Source: Acidobacteriaceae bacterium
Lineage (GTDB): Bacteria; Acidobacteriota; Terriglobia; Terriglobales; Acidobacteriaceae
Assembly: GCA_027307045.1 (NCBI GenBank)
Contig: DAHUXR010000006.1
Location: forward strand, 14,185-78,184
Direction of reading: 5' to 3'
DNA length: 64,000 bases
Position numbers and translations under genes: made by a program. This document shows positions 9,690-18,576 of this stretch, piece by piece. Numbering within the stretch: the first letter of the stretch is position 1; every line of letters begins with the position of its first letter. Below the pieces are notes generated by a model, which was given only the letters and a program-made list of their open reading frames with translations, ran no database searches and was not told where the DNA came from.

Positions 9690-11585
9690 TCAGTGCGCTT
9701 TATCAAGGATTGCTCGAATTTTTGCGCTTAATGCTTGGAAAGTAAATGGTTTCTGCAGGAAGCATGCGGGATCCAGAGCGATGCCATGGCGCCACACTGC
9801 ATCATCGGCGTACCCGGAAATTATTAGCACGTTCGTACTGGGACGCGTCTTGCGCACGTGGTCCACCAATCCACGGCCACTTAGCCTTGGCATGACGATA
9901 TCGGAGATTAGCAACGAGATAGGCCCTGTGTGGCGATCACAAATCTCAATTGCCTCTTTGCCGTCAGCGGCTGACAGAACTCGATAACCGCAACTCTCCA
10001 GATATTCGCATGAGGCGTTGCGCAGGTCTTCTTCGTTATCAACAACCATGATGGTTTCGTGCCCGGGCACATGCGATCTTGCCCGGATTTCCGACGGTGT
10101 GGGATTTGGATCGCTGCCACTCACCAGCGGCAAGTAAACACTGAAGGTTGAACCGCGCTGTGCTTCGGAGGTTACCGTAATGTAGCCGCCGCTTTGCTTG
10201 ACGATGCCGTAAACGGTGGAAAGTCCTAATCCTGAACCAGTCTTTTTGGTGGTAAAGAATGGCTCGAAAATCCGCGATTGGATTTCCTGGCTCATGCCCC
10301 AGCCTGTATCGCTAACAGACAATCGCGCATAGTCCCCCGGAGGCAGCTCGGGCTGATCAGTGGAACTCTCATAGCGGTCAATGGTTATCGTCATGGTTCC
10401 ACCCTCGGGCATGGCTTCGCGGGCATTTGCCGTCAGGTTCATAATCACCTGCTCCATCTGGCTCTGGTCCGCACGCACCAAGCCAACATTCTTTGTGGCT
10501 TGAATGCTGATTTGCACTTCAGCGCCCACCAGGCAATCCACCATGCTGCTGAGACCCTCCAGCACTGTGGCCAGATCCAGCAACTTGAGTGACATCACCT
10601 GCTTGCGTCCAAAGGCAAGCAGTTGCCGCGTAAGCGACGCCGCCTTTTCAGTGGCCGAGATGATTTTCTCCGCGCGCCCGCGTTCCACCGGGCTGGACGC
10701 GCTGGATTCGAGGAGTTCGGCATGGCCGCTGATAATGCCAAGAATATTGTTGAAATCGTGCGCTACACCGCCTGCCAACCGGCCTACGGCTTCCATTTTC
10801 TGCGAATCTCGCAGTTGTTCTTCCATATCCTGCTGTTCGGTGATGTCACGCAGCATGGCCAGATGCTGGCCAGGAAGAATGTTAGCGGTGAAGCAATAAT
10901 CCACCAGTCTCCGCGATCCGTCTTTAAGGTGAGCCCAAAATTGCCCTCTACCGCTTTCTGCCAGGCTTAATTGCGCCCAAACATGCTCAAAGCCTGTTTC
11001 ACAGAAATCGCACAGACAGCAACCTATCAGATCATTGCGCGAGAGATTCACCAGCGCCCCAGCCGCGGAATTAGCTTCCAGACAGATGCCATCACCGGCA
11101 AAAATAACGATGCCTTCCAGAGAATTCTCGAAAATGGCGCGGACCGTGGCCTCGCTCTGCCGAAGAGCTTCTTCAGAGCGTTTGCGCTCGATGGCATAGC
11201 GAATGGAGCGCAGTAACAGCCGTCCATCAAACGTACCTTTTACCAGATAATCCTGCGCGCCTTCGCGGACGGTCTTAATGGCCAATTCTTCGTCGTCGGA
11301 GCCGCTCAGGACCAATATGGCGGCGCGCGACGCTGCTTGCCGGATTCGATAAAAGGTCTGGTAGCCGGCGCTATCTTCAAGATTGAGATCGAGCAGAATC
11401 ACGTCAGGATGATTTCTTTCAAGATGTCCCAAAGCTTCAACCAATCGGGTGACGTGCTGGCATTGCAAGGTGGCGGTGGGTAAACGCAGCAATCCCGTAA
11501 TGAACTTCGCATCGAGTGCATTGTCTTCGACCAGCAGCACTTGAAGGAGTTCCGTTTGTCGCGAATCCACCACCAGCGTTGACAT
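9690..11585 (-). CDS. Hybrid sensor histidine kinase/response regulator (REC-PAS-HisKA-HATPase-REC)
   Basis: N-terminal REC 'VLLVEDNALD...ILLDLNLEDSAG'. PAS-like segment. H-box 'VAHDFNNIL'. 'GSGLGLSTV'. C-terminal REC 'IMVVDNEEDL...LLISDIVMPRLSG'. The track start at 11642 is TTG. ATG 11585 (MSTLVVDS) has 'ggggag' upstream and is preferred. Confidence 0.85.
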   Translation of the reverse strand: MSTLVVDSRQTELLQVLLVEDNALDAKFITGLLRLPTATLQCQHVTRLVEALGHLERNHPDVILLDLNLEDSAGYQTFYRIRQAASRAAILVLSGSDDEELAIKTVREGAQDYLVKGTFDGRLLLRSIRYAIERKRSEEALRQSEATVRAIFENSLEGIVIFAGDGICLEANSAAGALVNLSRNDLIGCCLCDFCETGFEHVWAQLSLAESGRGQFWAHLKDGSRRLVDYCFTANILPGQHLAMLRDITEQQDMEEQLRDSQKMEAVGRLAGGVAHDFNNILGIISGHAELLESSASSPVERGRAEKIISATEKAASLTRQLLAFGRKQVMSLKLLDLATVLEGLSSMVDCLVGAEVQISIQATKNVGLVRADQSQMEQVIMNLTANAREAMPEGGTMTITIDRYESSTDQPELPPGDYARLSVSDTGWGMSQEIQSRIFEPFFTTKKTGSGLGLSTVYGIVKQSGGYITVTSEAQRGSTFSVYLPLVSGSDPNPTPSEIRARSHVPGHETIMVVDNEEDLRNASCEYLESCGYRVLSAADGKEAIEICDRHTGPISLLISDIVMPRLSGRGLVDHVRKTRPSTNVLIISGYADDAVWRHGIALDPACFLQKPFTFQALSAKIRAILDKAH

Positions 11586-11651
11586 CTTTACATCCACTCC
11601 CCTGACTTCTATTCGTACAATCTTCGTGGAGCACGGTGGCAATCCACTGGG

Positions 11652-12092
11652 TTAACGCGGAGCCCCATCCCGCACCATTGCACGCAATGTTTGCTGCAAT
11701 TCAGAGATTTCTTGGCGCAATTCCTGTAACAAATTTCCCGTTCCGGCCATTGAGCCGATTCTTCCGCATTCCTCCAGCTTAAGCGCGATATTGGCCGCTG
11801 CATGTGCGGAAAACTGAAGCATTGATCCTTTAATCTTGTGGCTGGCCTTTTCCAGATCGGACGGCGAACCATGCTTGATTGATTTTTCTATTCTTGCCAG
11901 CATCCCTGGAACTTCCGCGGCAAACAGATCCACCAACTCGCGGAGCAGGGTCACATCACCATGTACGCGGATCCACAATGCATCCTGATCAAAATGCTCG
12001 CTTTTCAAATGATTCAACCATGCCACTTTTAGCAGCACATTGGCAATTATCTCTCGATTTAATCTGCGGATACACTGTCTTTCAATAACCAA
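11652..12092 (-). CDS. Hpt (histidine phosphotransfer) domain protein
   Basis: Hpt signature 'SHKIKGSMLQFSA' in a helical ~120-aa domain. The start (TTG at 12092) is uncertain. Confidence 0.75.
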   Translation of the reverse strand: MVIERQCIRRLNREIIANVLLKVAWLNHLKSEHFDQDALWIRVHGDVTLLRELVDLFAAEVPGMLARIEKSIKHGSPSDLEKASHKIKGSMLQFSAHAAANIALKLEECGRIGSMAGTGNLLQELRQEISELQQTLRAMVRDGAPR

Positions 12093-12440
12093 GGGCCAGA
12101 TTTCTCCTGAGCAGCCGGCAAAACCTTTTGTTTTGCCAAGATTGAATTAAGATAATTGGCAATGATCGATATGCAGCATAGGGGCTTTTTTTTTGCGCTT
12201 TCCAAAACCGGACAGTATGCAGATTGGACCCATAGAACCAGTATGGCTAAGGCCATGAACAGCATTGCTTTAAAGTTTCAGCGCGCTTTCTAAGAAGAAA
12301 TCAATGTCGATCTCTTTAACGACAGTACAAGAGCTATCTAATAATTAAGATTTAGGTGGAACTAGTAAAGCAGCTAACGACCGATAGGTAAATGTTCAAC
12401 GCACGGATTAGACCTACAATGCTGCCTTACCGAGGAGTTC

Positions 12441-14951
12441 ATGCCGCAGGCCCTTGCAGAAAAAGCGGTTCAGACTAACCCGGCAGATAATGTCGGATTG
12501 ACGACGCAGGAAGCTGAGGAACGGCTCAAACAGTACGGCGCCAACGATCCTGCCCCGGCACGCCGCCATTCAGCGATTACAGAGTTACTTTTACTTTTCC
12601 TGAACCCGCTCGGCATCATTCTACTGATTGCGGCGATCATTTCGGGCTTTATCGGCCAACTGCTGGATGCCGGGATCATAGTTGCCATGGTGCTCGTCGG
12701 CGCAGGCATCAATTTTTACCAGACCTACCGGTCTAAGATCGCCATAGAAAGCTTGCGGGCACGGGTCGCGCCCACGGCTACCGTATTGCGCGACGGACGC
12801 TGGCAGGAGATGGACCGGAAGAAACTAGTCCCCGGAGACACGATCCGGCTTGGCGCGGGCGACCTGGTTCCTTCCGACGCGCGTCTTTTAGTCGCGCGCG
12901 ATCTCTATGTCCAACAGGCCGCGCTTACAGGCGAGTCCCTGCCGGCAGAAAAGGAAGCCGATGGCGCAGCGGTGTCAAACACGCCGGATGCCCGTAACAT
13001 GGTCTTTCTGGGTACCTCAGTGGTGAGCGGGACAGCCACGGCAATCATCACGACAACCGGACGCCAGACTGCCTTTGGCGATATCGCAGACCGTCTGGCC
13101 GCCCGTCCAGAAGAAACTGCTTTTGACCGTGGGCTGCGACAGTTCGGCGGCTTGATCATGCGCGCCGTTGTTTTTCTGGTGCTTTTTCTGCTCGTGGTAA
13201 GCGTTGTTATGCACCGTGATCCCCTGCAATCTCTGCTGTTCGCGGTGGCGCTGGCTGTGGGATTGACGCCTGAGTTTCTTCCCATGATCACTTCCGTTAC
13301 TCTGGCTAAAGGCGCATTGGCGATGGCACGCAAGAATGTAATCGTGAAACACCTTTCTGCCATCCAAAACTTTGGCAGCATCGACGTTCTATGCAGCGAT
13401 AAAACCGGGACGCTTACGACGGGTGACATGGTTCTGGACCGCGCAGTGGATCCGTTTGGAGCACCGTCGGACCGTACATTCCAACTAGCGTGGCTGAACA
13501 GCAAGCTTGAAACCGGAATTAAAAGCCCGCTCGACGTGGCGATTTGCAATCTGCCGTGCTCTTTATCCGAAGGATTCACGAAATGCGACGAAATTCCGTT
13601 CGACTTTGAGCGGCGGCGACTCTCTGTTGTCGTGGAGCAAGCAAAAGAGCGGATGCTAATCACGAAAGGTTCGCCTGAAGGAATTTTCCCGCTTTTATCA
13701 AGTTACGAGCGCGATGGTCAAGCTTTGGTAATGAACGATGAGTCGCTCGCACAGTGCCGGGAGACTTACAACGTTCTCAGCAGTCACGGGTTGCGCGTGT
13801 TGGCGGTTGCTTACGCCAATGTTCCGGCGAAGCAGGCTTACTCGATTGCCGACGAGCACAGTCTCACTCTGGCCGGCTACATGGCTTTTGGCGATCCTCC
13901 AAGAGTCGATGCGGCCGAATCCATCGCGGCGCTCCGGCGTGATGGCGTGGAAGTAAAGATCATTACGGGCGACAGTGACCTGGTGAGCGGCAGGATCTGC
14001 GAGCAGGTGGGACTGAATGCCGGAAAGATCATTTTGGGCGCCGAGTTGGAAAAAATGACTGACGCTGCGCTGGGCCACATAGCGGAGCAGACAACGGTCT
14101 TTGCGCGTGTTTCTCCGGCCCAGAAAAACCGCATCATCATGGCGCTGAAGCATCGCAGTCATGTTGTCGGCTACATGGGCGACGGCATCAATGACGCGCC
14201 TTCTCTCCACGCGGCCGACGTAGGCATCTCTGTCTCCACTGCGGTGGATATCGCCCGCGATGCGGCTGACATCATCTTGATGGAGCCCGGGCTGCAAGTG
14301 CTGCATGCCGGAATCCTTGAAGGCCGGCGCGCCTTTGGCAACGTGATGAAGTACCTGCTGATGGGAACCAGTTCGAACTTTGGCAACATGCTGAGCATGG
14401 CCGGAGCATCATTGTTCCTGCCCTTCCTTCCCATGCTGCCCACGCAGATACTGCTGAACAATTTTCTTTATGACATGGCCCAGGTCACTATTCCCACAGA
14501 CAATGTTGATGCCGCTTACGTACGCTCGCCCCAGCACTGGGACATCAAATTGATTCGCAACTTCATGCTGTTTATCGGGCCTATCAGTTCCGTTTACGAC
14601 TTCCTTACTTTCTATGTGCTGCTGGCGCTGCTGCACGCGCAAGAGGCCGAGTTTCACACCGGATGGTTTGTCGAGTCCCTGGCCACACAGACACTGGTAC
14701 TGTTCATAATCCGGACCAGTGGGAACCCTTTCCGCAGCCGCCCCAGCCGGGCGCTTACCGCCACCACACTCGGGATTGTCCTGCTGGGAATTATCCTCCC
14801 ATTCCTGCCACTTGGGACACGGCTTGGATTCACGCCCTTGCCGCCTATCTATTTTGCTTTTCTCGCAGCCGCGACGGTGACATATCTTTTCCTGGTGGAA
14901 ATCGCAAAGCGTTTTTTGCTTCACAAAACTTTGCGAAGTGGCGTGGCCTGA
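12441..14951 (+). CDS. mgtA: Magnesium-translocating P-type ATPase
   Basis: 836 aa. 'CSDKTGTLT' phosphorylation motif, 'TGDS', 'GDGINDAP', MgtA-type N-terminus 'LTTQEAEERLKQYGAN'. SD 'gaggag' before the ATG. Confidence 0.9.
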   Translation: MPQALAEKAVQTNPADNVGLTTQEAEERLKQYGANDPAPARRHSAITELLLLFLNPLGIILLIAAIISGFIGQLLDAGIIVAMVLVGAGINFYQTYRSKIAIESLRARVAPTATVLRDGRWQEMDRKKLVPGDTIRLGAGDLVPSDARLLVARDLYVQQAALTGESLPAEKEADGAAVSNTPDARNMVFLGTSVVSGTATAIITTTGRQTAFGDIADRLAARPEETAFDRGLRQFGGLIMRAVVFLVLFLLVVSVVMHRDPLQSLLFAVALAVGLTPEFLPMITSVTLAKGALAMARKNVIVKHLSAIQNFGSIDVLCSDKTGTLTTGDMVLDRAVDPFGAPSDRTFQLAWLNSKLETGIKSPLDVAICNLPCSLSEGFTKCDEIPFDFERRRLSVVVEQAKERMLITKGSPEGIFPLLSSYERDGQALVMNDESLAQCRETYNVLSSHGLRVLAVAYANVPAKQAYSIADEHSLTLAGYMAFGDPPRVDAAESIAALRRDGVEVKIITGDSDLVSGRICEQVGLNAGKIILGAELEKMTDAALGHIAEQTTVFARVSPAQKNRIIMALKHRSHVVGYMGDGINDAPSLHAADVGISVSTAVDIARDAADIILMEPGLQVLHAGILEGRRAFGNVMKYLLMGTSSNFGNMLSMAGASLFLPFLPMLPTQILLNNFLYDMAQVTIPTDNVDAAYVRSPQHWDIKLIRNFMLFIGPISSVYDFLTFYVLLALLHAQEAEFHTGWFVESLATQTLVLFIIRTSGNPFRSRPSRALTATTLGIVLLGIILPFLPLGTRLGFTPLPPIYFAFLAAATVTYLFLVEIAKRFLLHKTLRSGVA

Positions 14952-15023
14952 TTGCTGCGGATGTGACAGCAGTCACAGGCCCGCACGAGTGAAACGGCTT
15001 ACGCTGTTATCAGGAGCAGATGT

Positions 15024-16481
15024 ATGCCGGTCACTGCAAAACAGCAACCCCTCCGTGAAGTCCCCAAGGTAATCGGTCTTCCTCTGGTCGCCAAACGCCG
15101 GCTTCTCTCGCGAATACCTCGTTTGGCCAAATGGATCATGGTGATTGTGCTGTGCGCATTGGCCGCAGCCCTGGGTTGGGTGTGGTGGTCACACTTACAA
15201 GCTCAAGTCACGTATGAAACAGCGGCGCTGGAGCGCGGATCAATCCAGGCCAATATCACTGCTACGGGCACCTTGAATCCAGTGGTAAACGTGCAGGTCG
15301 GAAGCCAGGTCTCCGGAAATATCAAGGCGCTGTATGCCGACTTTAATACCAAGGTCCAAAAGGACCAACTGGTTGCGTTAATTGATCCTCAGATTTTCCA
15401 GGCGCAGGTTGATCAAGCCAGCGCGGCCGCCGCGTCAGCCGGCGCGGGGGTAGTCACGGCCGCGGCGCAAGTGGAAAAAGCAAAGGCCGATCTGGCCGGA
15501 GCGACGGCGAACAAGAGCAACGTGGAATCAGTATTGGCCAAAGACAAAGCCAATGCGCTGAACGCACAATTTCAATGGAAGCGAGCGGAACAACTATCCA
15601 AAAACGGCGTGGTTTCCGATGAGGACCGCGACACCGCAAAAGCGGCTTATGACGCGTCTCAGGCGCAAATCACGGCGGACCAGTCACAGATAGATGCAGC
15701 TGAACAGAATATTCAGTCGGCCAAGTCCCAGGTCAACGTTGCCATCGCACAATGGAAGACATCACAGGCCCAGCAGCAGCAGGCCCAGGCGGCGCTGGCA
15801 CAGACAAAGATCAACCTGGAGCACACCAGGATTCTAGCCCCGGTTTCCGGCACCGTGATTGCGCGCCACTTTGATGTCGGCCAAACCGTCGCTGCATCTT
15901 TTCAAGCGCCCGATATTTTTGACATCGCCCAGGACTTGACGCAGATGCAGGTTGATACCAATGTGGACGAATCCGATGTTGGCAACATCCGCACCGGCCA
16001 GCCAGCCAGTTTTACGGTGGACGCATATCCAGGCATGACGTTTCGCGGTGACGTGACCGACGTCCGCCGGGCGCCAATCGTGGCCCAGAACGTGGTCACC
16101 TATGACGTTGTAATTCAGGTTGCCAATCCTGACTTGAAGCTTTTTCCTGGCATGACGGCGAACGTAAGCATTCTTACGGCAAAACAAGATGGCGTGTTTA
16201 AAGCGCCGAACTCGGCTTTGCGCTTCCATCCAACAGCCGACGTGCTGAAAAAGAACAACCTGCCTGCACCAAAATCCGATACACCGCAAATTTACGTTTT
16301 CGCCGGAAACAAGCTGCAAGCGGTCCCGGTGAAACTGGGTATATCAGACGGAAGGTATACGGCCGTAACCTCTGATTCGCTAAAAGCGGGACAAAAAATT
16401 GTATTGAGAATGACTTCTGCGAGCGCTCCACCGGCAGCCACAAATGCACCGGCCGGAGGATTACGCAGACCGGGAATGTGA
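15024..16481 (+). CDS. Efflux transporter periplasmic adaptor (HlyD/MacA family membrane fusion protein)
   Basis: N-terminal TM anchor, long Ala/Gln coiled-coil hairpin, then barrel motifs 'ILAPVSGTVIARHFDVGQTV'. Its stop overlaps the start of the ABC ATPase gene. Confidence 0.85.
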   Translation: MPVTAKQQPLREVPKVIGLPLVAKRRLLSRIPRLAKWIMVIVLCALAAALGWVWWSHLQAQVTYETAALERGSIQANITATGTLNPVVNVQVGSQVSGNIKALYADFNTKVQKDQLVALIDPQIFQAQVDQASAAAASAGAGVVTAAAQVEKAKADLAGATANKSNVESVLAKDKANALNAQFQWKRAEQLSKNGVVSDEDRDTAKAAYDASQAQITADQSQIDAAEQNIQSAKSQVNVAIAQWKTSQAQQQQAQAALAQTKINLEHTRILAPVSGTVIARHFDVGQTVAASFQAPDIFDIAQDLTQMQVDTNVDESDVGNIRTGQPASFTVDAYPGMTFRGDVTDVRRAPIVAQNVVTYDVVIQVANPDLKLFPGMTANVSILTAKQDGVFKAPNSALRFHPTADVLKKNNLPAPKSDTPQIYVFAGNKLQAVPVKLGISDGRYTAVTSDSLKAGQKIVLRMTSASAPPAATNAPAGGLRRPGM

Positions 16482-17230
16482 GGCTCGACATGCCGGCCCT
16501 GATAGATGTTCAGAATCTATGCAAGGTTTATAACCTCGGTGAAGTGCTGGTAAATGCCGTCCACGACGTCACACTTTCCGTGGAGCGTGGATCGTTCGTC
16601 GCTATCATGGGGCCATCAGGCTCAGGCAAGTCGACATTTGTGAACTTGCTTGGTTGCCTTGATAAGCCAAGTTCAGGGCGCTACTGGCTGGATGGCATCC
16701 CTGTGGAAACGATGGACCGCGACCAGTTGGCCGCTATTCGAAATCAAAAGATTGGTTTCATTTTCCAAACCTTCAACTTACTCTCGCGAACCACGGCGCT
16801 GGAAAACGTTGAACTGCCGCTGCTTTATACCGAGCACAATGTTCCCGATACCGAAGACCGAGCCAGGCAGGCATTGCTAAGTGTGGGACTGTCTGGCCGC
16901 GAACTGAGCTTGCCCAACCAGCTTTCCGGCGGTCAGCAACAGCGCGTGGCCATTGCGCGCGCGCTGGTGAACAATCCTGAGATTCTGCTTGCGGATGAAC
17001 CAACGGGGCAGCTCGATTCGCACACAAGTAATGAGATCATGGCCATCTTTCAAGAACTGAACCGGTCGCGCGGCATCACCATCATCCTGATCACGCACTC
17101 TGAGGAAATAGCCGGTTATGCCGACCGGATTGTGCGTTTTCTCGATGGACAGATCGTAAGTGATCAGCCTGTGGTCCATGCGGTGCACGTTCCCGAAGTG
17201 GCACCTGCGGCAGAGGAGGTTCTCTTATGA
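16478..17230 (+). CDS. ABC transporter ATP-binding protein (MacB/LolD type)
   Basis: Walker A 'GPSGSGKST'. Signature 'LSGGQQQRVAIARAL'. Walker B 'ILLADEPTG'. 4-nt overlaps with both neighbouring genes. Confidence 0.9.
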   Translation: MRLDMPALIDVQNLCKVYNLGEVLVNAVHDVTLSVERGSFVAIMGPSGSGKSTFVNLLGCLDKPSSGRYWLDGIPVETMDRDQLAAIRNQKIGFIFQTFNLLSRTTALENVELPLLYTEHNVPDTEDRARQALLSVGLSGRELSLPNQLSGGQQQRVAIARALVNNPEILLADEPTGQLDSHTSNEIMAIFQELNRSRGITIILITHSEEIAGYADRIVRFLDGQIVSDQPVVHAVHVPEVAPAAEEVLL

Positions 17231-18462
17231 AGCGCGTACTCTCCGCAATACGAATCGCCCTGCGTGCCCTGGAGGTGAACAAGGCCCGGTCGGCTCTAAC
17301 GATGCTGGGGATCGTGATAGGGGTAGCGGCCGTAATTGCGACCGTTGCCGTGGGTTCCGGGGCGACCCAGCGGGTGCGGCAGCAGATTGCCAGCATCGGC
17401 AGCAATGTGATCATTATCATTCCGGGCAGCATGACCAGTTCCGGACTGCACATGGGAACCGGCAACGCGGCCACCCTGACCGAGTCAGACGTTAAAGACA
17501 TTTCTGCACAATGCCCTGAGGTGGCAGCCGCAGCGCCGGCAGTGCGGGGTGCGGGCCAGATCGTCTATGGAGACAATAACTGGGCAACCGCGATCCTGGG
17601 TACAACGCCTGCATACCTGACCATCCGCGATGTGGCTGTAGCTAAAGGCGCTTCATTCACTGACCATGACGTTGATTCAGCCAACAAAGTGGCTCTGTTG
17701 GGGCAGACGGTTGTGGACAATTTGTTTAATGGAACTGACCCGATTGGACAAATCATCCGGATCAAACAAATCCCCGTGACCGTCACGGGGGTTTTGGAAC
17801 GCAAAGGACAATCACCGACGGGCCAGGATCAGGACGACATCATTCTGCTCCCTATATCGACAGCCAAAAGAAAAGTTCTGGGAATCAGGTCCGGGAATGC
17901 GGATGCCGTGAATGCCATCATGATCCAGGCGAAGGATGCCAGTCAGATTCACGCGGCACAGGACTCGGTATCGGCGCTCTTGAGGCAGCGCCACCACCTG
18001 CAGCCGAAAGAGGACGATGATTTTTCCATTCGCAATATGGAAGAGATTTTTGCGGCGCAGGAGACATCGTCCCGCGTGATGTCCCTGATGCTCGCCGCTG
18101 TGGCTTCTGTCTCCTTGATTGTTGGTGGAATAGGAATCATGAACATCATGCTGGTATCCGTCCGGGAGCGAACGCGTGAAATCGGGTTGCGTCAGGCCGT
18201 GGGCGCAAAAACCCGCGACATTCTTACGCAGTTCCTGGTGGAAGCAACAACGCTTTCACTTGCCGGCGGCGTTGTGGGCACTGTTGTGGGAATTAGTGCG
18301 TCTGCCGTCATCTCAAAGCTGGCGAACTGGCAAACAGTGATTGGTGTTGGCGCGGTGCTGCTGGCTGTGCTCTTCTCGGCGATGGTAGGAATTGCATTTG
18401 GCTACTATCCAGCGCGCAAAGCCGCCTACATGGATCCCATTGAAGCTTTGCGCTATGAGTAG
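17227..18462 (+). CDS. ABC transporter permease (MacB periplasmic core domain + FtsX)
   Basis: N-terminal TM 'ALTMLGIVIGVAAVIATVAVG', a large periplasmic domain, and a C-terminal FtsX-type 3-TM bundle ending 'GYYPARKAAYMDPIEALRYE'. Confidence 0.9.
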   Translation: MKRVLSAIRIALRALEVNKARSALTMLGIVIGVAAVIATVAVGSGATQRVRQQIASIGSNVIIIIPGSMTSSGLHMGTGNAATLTESDVKDISAQCPEVAAAAPAVRGAGQIVYGDNNWATAILGTTPAYLTIRDVAVAKGASFTDHDVDSANKVALLGQTVVDNLFNGTDPIGQIIRIKQIPVTVTGVLERKGQSPTGQDQDDIILLPISTAKRKVLGIRSGNADAVNAIMIQAKDASQIHAAQDSVSALLRQRHHLQPKEDDDFSIRNMEEIFAAQETSSRVMSLMLAAVASVSLIVGGIGIMNIMLVSVRERTREIGLRQAVGAKTRDILTQFLVEATTLSLAGGVVGTVVGISASAVISKLANWQTVIGVGAVLLAVLFSAMVGIAFGYYPARKAAYMDPIEALRYE

Positions 18463-18576
18463 GTAAAACCCTGCAGCAGATTTTCTGATCAGGAAGCCGC
18501 GCCGCGTCCGAATCAGCAGGCCGTCTGTGTGACGGCAATCACGTACTCTCAAGCGCGCCAAGATCGACAATGATCT

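Noticed and set aside
12340-12440. Possible M-box (ykoK) Mg2+ riboswitch upstream of mgtA, based on ttaggtg and gctaacg strings.
   Set aside because: The candidate region is much shorter than the ~160-nt M-box. The complementary segments I could find cross instead of forming the nested P1-P6 helices. It is kept only as a low-interest leader observation pending an Infernal search.
12905-14306. Long antisense ORFs inside mgtA (12905..13663 -, 252 aa; 13698..14306 -, 202 aa).
   Set aside because: They lie entirely opposite a confidently identified P-type ATPase. They have Arg/Ser/Pro-rich composition typical of antisense frames in GC-rich genes, and I recognise no motifs.
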